This document shows, piece after piece, positions 38,734 through 49,600 of a stretch of 64,000 bases of DNA. The stretch covers positions 67,022,001 to 67,086,000 of the forward strand of contig CM060731.1 in NCBI GenBank assembly GCA_030704615.1, in the 5' to 3' direction. A program made the position numbers and the translations under genes. Numbering within the stretch: the first letter of the stretch is position 1; each line of letters opens with the position of its first letter. This stretch comes from Takakia lepidozioides (lineage: Eukaryota; Plantae; Bryophyta). A model generated the notes under the pieces. The model had not been told where the DNA came from and did no database searches. It was given only the letters and a program-made list of their open reading frames with translations.

Positions 38734-39280
38734 GGGTGTGGTACGCTCTTCTCCCCATTCCCTGCGCAGGTGTCGCATCGGAAAGCCTTCACGGCGAGGT
38801 TATTGTGGAAGAGGTTATTTTCTCCTCTCACGCCTGATTTGTGGTGAGCTGTCGCTCCCAGGTGTTTCCCTTAATTTGTTTTTAAGAAAAACAATAGGTG
38901 TGGGAACCTTGGGGAACAATTTTAGAGCATTTGCGGTCAGCTGCCCAGAAATGAACGACCGAGATCTGATGTAGGATTTCGAGGGCCACGATTTCGTCTC
39001 TCTCCTCTCCTCCGTCTCTTGCCTTGCCCAAGCTCTGGAAGGCCGCGTGCGACGATCCTTCTCCCTATACTTGGTGAAGATCAACTGCCCCATAACTCCT
39101 GCATCCAAAAGCAAAGAAAGCATCTGCCACAGTGAGTTTGGCACTCTTCTTCTTTTGAATTATGTGCTGAGTAGAAGACTAACACTTTTGAGCGGTAACA
39201 TCGGCAGTGAACTGGTGGTTTTTGGAAGTACTCATTCATACCCTCTATGTGTGAATTGCGCCGTGGGTTGCAGCCGTGAC

Positions 39281-42200
39281 ATGGAAATAATGGGCCAGCG
39301 ACCGTTGGCGAGTTGGTGGTGTGGGATTTCAGGGGACAAGGCCGGAGTTGTATGGCCTGCCCCCTCTGTGGCTTTCCCAAATTCAAGTTCAGCTTTGTTT
39401 GCCTCCCAACTGTGCTGGTCTGGTAAGGGGTTGAAATTGGATGTATGCAAGAGAGTGACTACTATCGATATTTCCTGCGCGGTGGCAACGGAATCTGGGA
39501 GCGCGCCTATCACTGGTACAGTTTTCATACAGTTTTCATACACTTTTCAAAATCACTCTGTAGAACGTACTTAGTATGTAACGCCGTGAGAACCACTAGA
39601 TACACCCTACATATGAATGAGAGTCTTGAGACCCCAAGAGCAGAGTCCCAATGCTCTGTCTTTTTTTTCAATTTTAGACTGTCGCATTTTGCTGGGATTT
39701 GAATAGGTAGGCACATCTGGAATATTCTCACCAATGGCATGAGAGAGGGACAAGGCTAGTTCTCAGACAGAGATCTTTCAGAGACGTGGTTACACACTGT
39801 GAGTATCTCCAGGCAGACATCAAGAATGAAAGGAAATTGAAAGATGCCTGTAAAAACCTTCCTTGCTGCTAGATGTGTGTAATTCTCAAAAAGAGGTTAA
39901 GAAGGAAACGTTTCAGCTGCTCTTCAAACGGTGTGATAACTTTGCACCTTCGTGAAGTAGCTACAGTGGAGCGGCCATGGAAAACAGCTGATGCGAGGTT
40001 AGTGCTGCAAGACGGTTCCATATGGAGGGGCAAATCATTTGGAGCTACAGGCACCCAAGTGGGGGAAGTTGTGTTCAACACATCACTGACTGGGTGATTG
40101 TTTTTCCTCGTCTTTGTCAGTTGACCATTCTGAATTTTTATTTTACAGTATATGCTTCAAGGTATGCACTGTTGTACTACTTCCAAACTGCAGGTGAAGG
40201 GAACCCCTTAACCCCATTCCCCCCCTCTACGACTCTGTGTTACAGTTTGGCTCTCACGTCTTTCTCTCTGCCTGTCTCTGTCTATTATTTATCTGCTATT
40301 TCCTTTGAGCACAATCTAGTAGATGATTTTGTGGGCTTTTCTTACCTTCATTCTGCTTCCTGTTTTTTTAACAAAGGGGCACCATCTGGAGAGCATGGTA
40401 TGCACCACACCTGACATTTGATAGAGGAAGAGAGCTGAGAATATGGAATGTTGGGTGCAGATATCAAGAGATATTGACAGATCCCAGCTATGCGGGCCAG
40501 TTTGTGCTTATGACCCAACCTCATATCGGCAACACAGGGGTGAATTTTGGTACTTCTCATCCTCTTTGCAACTTTCATCTTATGGCAGCTACAATATGCT
40601 TAAGACACTCTCCCCCTCCTGTATCTGGAGAAAGACCTGTTGCCTGTGTGGCGACAAGACTTTCTCTTCAATGGTGATCACCATGATGTGACTGCTGCGG
40701 ATATGAGTGTGACCAGGTGCATATATTACTGTTGCCAGTCTGTAATGTAGAGACCTATTTTGCATGCAGGTGATGAGGAATCAGAACAATGCTTCTTGGG
40801 TGGTCTGGTTATCCACAACCTCAGCAATACGTGCGTGCCTCCTGCTTTAAACTACTGAAAGGGTGGTCACACATGTTAAACTTGGCTGTGGTTGCTCTGA
40901 TATATGCATGGGTACATTTTCAGGGTATGGTGTCAAATTTTTGGATGTTCTTGATTCTGAAGGACACATAGAAAATCCTTTGGGGAGGAGATGATGGAGA
41001 GAAAAGTAGGGATGTCGAGGAGAGGGTAGGGTTTGTTCTACTAGTGCTGATCATGATGCACATTTGCAGGGTGTCAAACTGGCGTGCCAGAGAATCTCTT
41101 CCCGAGTATCTGAAGAAGAGGAACGTTATGGGCATTTGTATGTTCAGCATCCCTCCGTGGAATGTGCAACACTGTGCAGTATATAATGTATTCTTCACAA
41201 AGAAGATGTCAACAGCTATCTGAAATGGATTGATAATGTTTTCGTAGCCTGATATACTCAGAGAGCGCTGTATAATTTGACCAATTTTTGCTTGAGTTGT
41301 TTGTCGCATATTTTACTCTGATTTCAATCCCATCTGTAGATTCAGGTGTCCTTATGTCCGCAGAGCTGGGCTGGGTCTCAGTATTGCTAGGTGGGTGGCG
41401 GTCTTGAACTAGTTCAAATGATGGAATTGCAACAACTGACATTGATATTAAGCCAAAACCTGGGCACAGAAATCGTTGTTAGCCTCTTATGCTCATGAGT
41501 GCTCCTGTTTGTACTATACCAGCGGATATTGACACTCGTGCCATCACCAGACGGTTGAGAGAAGATGGAAGCCTAATTGGAGCGTTGACCAGTGACCCAT
41601 CAAAGACTGATGAGGAGCTTCTAGAACTGACACGAACATGGGACATTGTAGGTATGAGAAGTGTTTCCTGTTGTCTGCTTTGATTTGTTCCCAGTCCATT
41701 CAATTTTTGGGGTTAGAGCAATGCAGGAATTTTGTTATCCTCCCAGATGTGGTGAGTTGGAAAAACTGATTGAGACGTTGTTTGTGTCAAGTACTGACTG
41801 AGCCAACAAAGGGGTGGGGTCAAATAGGAAAGGATTTGATCACAGGCGTGACCTGCACTGAGCCCTACGAATGGAAGGAACAAACAAGCAGTGAGTGGGA
41901 GTTCTGCCATATTGCACTGGATGATGACTCTGAGAAGCTTCATGTAAGCTTTATTTCTAAGCATTCCATAGTATCTGGGTGTCATTTGTATGTGTCCTTC
42001 ATGTTTCTCTCTGCTGCCTTTGTCTCCGTTACTCACTCTCCCTGCCACCCCTTTTGAACAGTATCAAGATGGAAAGCACTGTGCTGTCTAGATAAGTGGG
42101 TATCTCTTGAACATAACCTTCTAACGTTAAACTTACCGTACCATATCCTTCTAACCTTCCAGGATTGTGGTAGGTGGTGGTATATGACTTCGGAGTGAAG

Positions 42201-43436
42201 CAAAACATATTGAGGAGGCTTTCGTCTTATGGCTGTAAAATAACTGTGGTTCCATCCACGTGGCCGTCATCAGACGTGATAAAGCTTAACCCCGATGGCG
42301 TGCTGTTCAGCAATGGACCAGGGGATCCATCAGCAGTCCCCTATGCCGTAGAGGGTGTGCGTGACATCGTGGGCAAAATGCCCGTGTTTGGCATTTGCAT
42401 GGGTCATCAGCTGCTAGGCCAGGCACTTGGGGGCAGGACCTTCAAGATGAAGTTTGGCCACCATGGTGGAAATCATCCAGTTCGCCATCTCCCCACTGGA
42501 CGAGTGGAAATCAGTGCACAGGTTGGTTGTCTCTCTTACTCTGCTCACTGTTGCAATTGCTACAGTACTAGTATTCCTTGCAAGTGTCTCTGATGAATAT
42601 GTCAGTCCTTTGATGTCTCTTTGGACAAAGCCTTATATCTGGCAGGGTTATCTTACTCCCTTATTTTCCATTCTCTGTTGTTCCCTCTATCAGTGGGTGG
42701 GTATGTGCTTTTCAATGTTGGTCGCCTTATGACCTGACAACTAAGGGACCTGTCTGGCAGTGTTCTGTCCATAGATCTTCTGCTCTTCATTCTTGCAAAG
42801 CTTGAGTATTTTCCTTACTTGGCTTTTGCACCTGTGGTTTGATGGTAGAATCACAACTATGCTGTTGACCCTGAGACACTGCCAGAAGGGGTGGAAGTGA
42901 CGCACGTCAATCTGAATGACGGCACATGTGCTGGGCTTACTTTCCCATCTATGAAGGCCATGAGCATCCAATACCACCCGGAGTCATCACCCGGACCCCA
43001 TGATGCAGACCCTGGTAAGCAACATTGGTAAATCTGCTGCCAACATTGAGCCACGCCTTTGAAAGCATCATTTAATTGCTCTGCCTGGTTGCCCAGAGGC
43101 AACCCTGGTCTGTCTGGTGTTTTACTAGCTTTGATGGTACGACTGGTTATTTGAGCACCTTACATCATCCCACACATGTCTGGTGTTCTTGGACACTAGT
43201 ATGTGATGGACTTGTGGATTCTGGCCTTCTTATTTTTACTTGATTGCAGTAGATTTAAGGAGGTTTCTAGTATGATGACTTGTAGGTTGAACTGAGTGGC
43301 TGTCAGTGAATATTGGGTCACAGGTCTTTTGAGGATTGTTACTGTAGAATGTTGCCTGATCAAAATTTTGGTTCTACAATTTGCAGCGTTCTATGACTTC
43401 GTGAAAATGATGCAGCGAAGTCGGATGGAATCCTAG
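39281..43436 (+). CDS. carA: Carbamoyl-phosphate synthase small (glutaminase) subunit, plastid-targeted, multi-exon
   Basis: Ser-rich transit-peptide-like exon 1, then [63 protein letters not shown], catalytic [10 protein letters not shown] and QYHPE; stop TAG 43434-43436. Confidence 0.97.
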
Positions 43437-43888
43437 GGAGCACTTGTGCATATTGAGAATCTGTGGCGGATACTCCATGGTATTTTTGCAGGGACCCTGT
43501 GCAAGAAAGCTTGCACTAGGTATGTTTGTCACAGATGGGACAAGCCCGTATTGAGGAGAGACGAACCTCCATCAACAAGGGTTTGTGTTCCACTTGGCTT
43601 CGCAGGTTCAGAAAGCTGTTCCTTGGAAAGGAACATATTTCCCAGTGAGTAACGAAGGGTTGCACTAGTTCTTCAAAATCGCACAGTTCTTGGTTTCTGT
43701 CCCCTTTACTCTCCCCGATTCAGGGAAAATGGGGGAGGATTTCACTAAGAGTATGTGACACTTGGAGCTCAGCAGCTCCGGGAATCTAATCAATAAAAGA
43801 CAAGGAGCCAATGATTTTGTAGTTAGGATATGTCAGACATCTTTGAGGTGGGCATGTTAACTAGTGCTCTGCAGTTGCAGTTGATCAT

Positions 43889-44250
43889 ATCAATACGTCT
43901 ACTGTCTTTGCATAAACTTTAGAGAGGAACATCTTGTTTCGTTGAAGTTGGGTCATGTCACCCTTAGAGAGCACAAGGTATATATTGGAGTCTAAAGCAC
44001 CTGGTAGGAAAGTATGTGAGCAGCTGGGACTTGTCAGATATACCCGAGGCAAAGTGGTGCAACTCTCTCTTCATCCAAATGAAAAGCCTAGATGCCCACT
44101 TCCTAATAAAGGTCCTGTGGCCCTATGTGATCAAGGACACCCTCATTCAAACTAACCTCAACTGCCATGATACATCATCTTGCTCTAGGTTTAGCGATAG
44201 GAACACAAAATAGGAACACAAAATCTGTGGGCCTCCAGTCAGAGAAGGGT
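43889..44250 (+). repeat. Duplicate of the VPS36 last codons and 3' UTR (21155-21480)
   Basis: tcaatac(a/g)tctac(a/t)gtctttgca...agagaggaacatcttgtttcgttgaagttgggtcatgtcacc...agagaagggt is shared. Confidence 0.93.
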
Positions 44251-44686
44251 GCTTATATTTAAAGCTCAGATTTGTCCTGATTTTCCTTTCCCTTGCAGAG
44301 CCCATGCAGCATGAGGCACTGCAACAATTGTCATCTGGCAGTGCTAAGCCGAGAAGTTTGAGATAAAAAGGTTCTCATCAACCAAGAGACACTCTCCCTC
44401 TCCGGAATTGGTGGGTTGTACTTTCTCATAAAAAGTACTTTGTGAAGGCAATGAAGATTAGACTGAGACAAGCCCAATGCAGGAATGTTTATCATGTTTT
44501 TATCCCCTAGCAAGGTTTCATTCATCAGCATGAAACCAACCCTAAACCACCAATTTCTGCCAAAGTGAACAAACCTAAGAAAGAAAAAGAAAAAAGAAAA
44601 AAGAAACCTAAATTAGTTAAGCGATCAAGGAAAACCATTGAAATAGACTCATGGTACTCTTTTTTCTAAATACATGGCAATCAGCG
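44249..44686. repeat. Second copy of segment X (38054-38489)
   Basis: Collinear high similarity; directly abuts the VPS36 3' UTR duplicate. Confidence 0.9.
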
Positions 44687-44694
44687 GACATTTC

Positions 44695-44995
44695 GAGATA
44701 TAGCGATTATAGATATAGTTTAAAAAAGAGAGATATAATGATTATTATTAGAAAACTTGTTATTATTATTTTTCTCGAAAAAGGGCTTGAGAAATTTTAG
44801 AGATATAGTGATTATTATTAAGAGACTTATTATTATTCTGTCTCTGGAGAAAGGGCTTGAGAAATTTAATAATAAAATTAATTCTATTTATAGATATAGT
44901 GATTTGTTTTAAAGGATTATTATTAAGAGACTTATTATTATTTTGTTTCTGGAAAAAGGGCTCGAGAAATTTAATAATAAAATTAATGCTATTTA
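44695..44995. repeat. AT-rich imperfect tandem repeat
   Basis: About three units of gatatagtgattattattaagagacttattattatt...aaagggcttgagaaattt. Confidence 0.75.
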
Positions 44996-46687
44996 GTGCC
45001 CCCTAACCCACTTATTATCGTGCCAGTCAACTGCGCTGGCCTGGATGCCAGCTTCGACCCGCCAAAGCGGGCCGGCCAGGCCGGGCCGGGCAGGGCGCGC
45101 CGGGCCGCCTGCGCCCTGCGGGGTTTTGCTAGACTGGCGAAACCCTGCCCCAGTTGCTGTTCCCGCGCAAACCGTAACTTGCTACCCGCCGAGTTCCAGC
45201 CCTAACCGAGTCCGGCCCGGCCTGGCCCGGTCCGGTCCCAGACCTACCTGCAAATTTGAAGTGCGAGTCACCCGCACGGGGCAGCAGCGTTAGGGAGAGC
45301 GCAAGGGATGCGCGAGGTGCTTGAGCGATGGCGGGCAGTGTCAGTGATGAGATTGCATGTCTCGGGAGGAGTAGAATATCTCGCAGCCTCTCTGTGTCAT
45401 TCCAAGGCTGCCGAGGACGAGATTCGAGCGCTCGGTTGTCGTACTCGGAAATCACGGCTTACTGCATATACACTAATAATAAGTTATGTCATCGGCGAGG
45501 AAAGGGGGGATGGTGCGGAACGATGGAATTGCTGACTTGAGAGAGTGAAGGAGAGAGAGAAGAGACGATGTACGCAGAGCGTATGTGATGTGATGTACGC
45601 GTGATGGCAAGGTACGCAAGGTAGCGACCAAGGGAGGTAGCAGGCCTTATTAGCTGGTGGAACCTGATTGAGGTATATTGAGGTACGGTATCCGCATACG
45701 TATGTGCGGGGGATATGTACGCCGTCGTCTCTTGTCTCTTCCGCTTCCGCTGGACGGAATTTGGGGCGCTCACATGAGAGCTGTTCATTTACTCTTCGGG
45801 ACATTGAACTGGAAGAGTGTGGCGTGGATTGTGAGCTCAGACAGTGGATTCGAGCAAGTTGTGTTATATTTAGTGTAGTTGTTAGGGAGCTGCGGATCTT
45901 GTCGTTTTGGTGCGCAGGTTTTTAGCTGTGCTTTTGTGAGGTGGATTTTCTTGAGAGAGAGAGTACGCTCTCCGTTATTTGTGGACAGGCGGTGCCGCGA
46001 TTATCTGCAGATGTCTTGGTCCTGATGATGAGCTGCGACCGTATTTGATCTTTCTGTTTTGTAACGTTTGGTTGCTGCTGCTGGTCTGCCCGTGTTATGC
46101 TCTGGATGGACTCTGAAATCAGAATTGATAGAAGAGGATCCTGGTCTTGTTTGCTCTATCCATTTCTATTAAGGCGGATGAGGTGCGGTTGGAATCAAGG
46201 TCACAAATGACTCGTGAGGACCGCAATCACGTCCTGTCCCAGATGTTTAGGTGTGCAGCAATGGAATTGAAGCTGCTTCTGAATTTCCAAGCAGCACAAA
46301 GATTGTGTTTTTGAAGGCCTTGAACTTTAACTTCAAAGCGCTCTGGCAGCCGATCTCTTCTCGTGTCATGGCCTCTAAAGTTTGACACTACAGAATGATT
46401 ACGAGGCCACATTCAGCATCGCTTGAACTGATTACGTGTTTCTACTGTATGTATCCTTGGTTTACTATGTGAGGCAAACAACAATTTTTTTGTTGTCTCA
46501 ATCGAGTTTCTCGCTGTCTTCCGAGCATCAGTCAAGCAGTCACGGATAAAATTGCATTGTAGCTACTTGAACTTTATCAGGAGACGAAATAAGATTGGAA
46601 AAGGTGCTCTGAGGAAGTACCGTAGTGCACGCTGCAGGGGAGTAGTGATATGTACGAGTTGCAAAAGCAGGAGTGGTAGAAAGTATC

Positions 46688-49600
46688 ATGCTAAGCTGGG
46701 CGCGCAAGATGACGCAGCGGCGCTTGTTCTGGGTGGTGGGAGCTATGGGCCTTCTGTGCCTCTCGGTTCTAGGTGCTTCGATGGCCAACTTCAGTGCCCC
46801 CCGATATTGTGATTTCTTCAACAATGAGGCCTGTAATACTGGGCCTCCACCTCCTCATCCGTCCCCACCCCCTCGGGAATACAGTGATGAGGAACTGGCT
46901 TCGCTCGTCCTCGCGAAAGATATTCTGTCGCGACCGCAGCCTGCCATGGGAAAAGCAAAACTTGCGTTTATGTTCTTGACGGCGGGACCACTGCCAATGG
47001 AGGCAGTTTGGAGTAAGTTCTTCAAGGTGAGAATTTGCAGGGCAAGGTACTGGATTTGGTTAGCTGGGGCATGTTAGGAGAGAGGATTTGAGAGGATAAC
47101 GCTGAAGATGGCAATCAGGGGCCAGGGAAAAGGCCCTGTTTGAGATCGTCTGACAAGTATGTCCTGCCGTGAAAGCAAATTTCTTGAATTTTTGTCGGTG
47201 AAGTTGCGACTCTCTGCAACTGGATTGTTGGAGTACACTGCTCCTTTGGCCTTATAGAGGTTTCCAGTATTCCTTGGATAGTCCTCCCCTTTCCCCTGAC
47301 AGTTTGATAGGAGAAGCAAGGGAACAAACGAGGAGAATGCCAACAGGGTAGATTGGGTGGGGGCAATGTGCACTGGTTGATTCAAGGTAGGATCAGCGCA
47401 GATGAGTGATGCAATGAGTGATGCATCGTTGCTTCTGGCGTTTGTGTCTGCTGTCTGCTTCTGAATTTTGTATACGGTGAAGGATAGTGTGTTACCTTCT
47501 GTTACCAGGGGCATGAGGGCATGTACTCCGTGTATGTTCACGCATCTGAACGCGAAAGGTTGAAGAGCGAGTGGAAAAGCCAAGTCTTCATAGGCCGCGA
47601 GATCCGCAGCCAAAAGGTAATCCTGTGCTCCTCCTGCCTTGTTTTGAGCTGCTCAAGATCTAGTCTGCATGCTTTCTATTACCTCAATGCAGTGCACATA
47701 TGCATCAGTCAATCATATCCACGAGCAGAGCAATGCAGGGGCAGCACAATTTGTAGAACCTTCCAGTAGGTGCAAAGGAGCACATGCCATGTTCTGAATA
47801 GCAGTGACTGTTGAAAGCACTGTGGGAGATTACTTTTTTATGCTGGTTTCTAGAATGCTGATTGACTTCAGTTGCCAGCTAAAAGCAAAATCTTGAATGT
47901 TGGCCCTGGTCATAGATTCGTGGGTCACTGCCTTCAAAGCCCTCATGCAGTCATACAAGCTTATTTGCAGAGGAGAGTGTATCTTAGTGGGGTTACAACA
48001 TTGATGTCGTTGTCATTCCTGCTTTTCTTCTTCCAATCCTTTACTTTTTATGTAGTGGAGGGATCATCCTTGGCTCTGGCCACAAAGTAAAGTCTCTCAT
48101 CTGAGGTAGTTTTACAGTGCATTATTTCCATATTACATCACAACATAAAGAGATCTTAAATTATAGTTGTAGTGATGAGCTCGGTGTCTAACGGTGTGGG
48201 TAATGTAAAACCCACAGATTTGGCAAGGACCACCTAGAGAGTAGGCCCTTTTTGGGGTCTGCTTTAGAGCTTCAGTGGTTTGTGTGAAGTGGAGAATTGA
48301 GTAGGAGTGTCAATATAACTTGGTTTGTTGCATGGCTTCAGCTGTAACTGAAACTGTGTGTTGGATGAGCAGGTATTTTGGGGGAAGATTGAGATGGTGG
48401 ATGCAGAAAGGAGGCTTCTTGCTAACGCACTCAGGGATACCGACAACCAGTATTTTGTTCTTGTGTCTGAATCGTATGGACTGACTTATTCCTTTTTCTT
48501 CTCAAAACCTGAAATGGGGAACTGTTAGAGGTCATGATTTTCTCAGTTTGTGCTTGTTAGCTTTGGCTTCATAAGACAATCAGTTGCCACAAGGTCTTGT
48601 GGCAAAATATTAGTGCGACATGTTCTCTTTCCTTTATGTTGACACTTTTGACATGAGTTGCAGTTCATATGTCAGTCAAGAGCTTTCGCTCTCTCCCTCT
48701 CCTCTCTCTCTCTCTCTCTCCCTCCAGTGTGTTCAAGCTTTTGCTACCTCTCTTACTCACAAGTAAAACTCGGGAATGAGAAATGACAATGTTCAGTGTT
48801 CAAATCAATACTCAGCCTTGGTAGGTTGAGACTTAAGACAGTGATTAGCCAAACTGCACTATCGTGTGATGATCAACTACTCTGAAGCCCTGTGGAGAGG
48901 GGAGAGACCTGAACTGTGTAGCCACATGGCTCTCAAATATGCTCTCTATCTTGGACAGGATAGTACTAATGCACGTTATGGGGTTTGAACAAACTATTGT
49001 TGGTATTGAGTGGCCACATACAATTGCTCGTTCCGCTTGAGGCTGATGTCTTTTCTGGCATAATGTACACCTCATCCCAGGGAAGCGCGTTGATACTAAT
49101 ACCTTTGCTATCTATGAGCACAGTCAAGACGCAAGTTAATTTTGCTTGTCTCCTTGGCATTGGTGGCAGATGCATACCGCTCTATGACTTCAACTACATT
49201 TACAACTATCTTCTCGGTGCTAACATGAGCTTTGTGGACTGGTAAGACTTTCTGATTTGGACCATTTCCTATTAGGATGGTTTATATAGTGGGCCTAGGC
49301 TGGCCGCGCAAAAAACATGTGGGCCTAGTCATGGCTGCCCAGCTACTCTGTTCTTTAATGGAGTCAGACATTTTTTTAGACATTTCCACAGATAGTCTGT
49401 ATTGAGTGGTATGGAGAGTTGGTGGTAGATGTTAGTGAAAATAATGTTCAGGAGTCAGCATTTTACATTTCCAGTACTATGTCAACATTGGCATGTTTAC
49501 TTGGGATGTTGCATCAATACATTGATTTTTCAAAGGGACTGCTTTAAAAGGAAAACAATCTACAAGCAGGACATCAGGCTAGAAGTGTTTCTCGTTTTTG

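Noticed and set aside
46022-46122. Possible box C/D snoRNA (ATGATGA...CTGA with a short terminal stem) upstream of the glycosyltransferase CDS
   Set aside because: No rRNA or snRNA antisense guide that I can recognise; such short boxes occur by chance. A snoscan/Rfam search would be needed.
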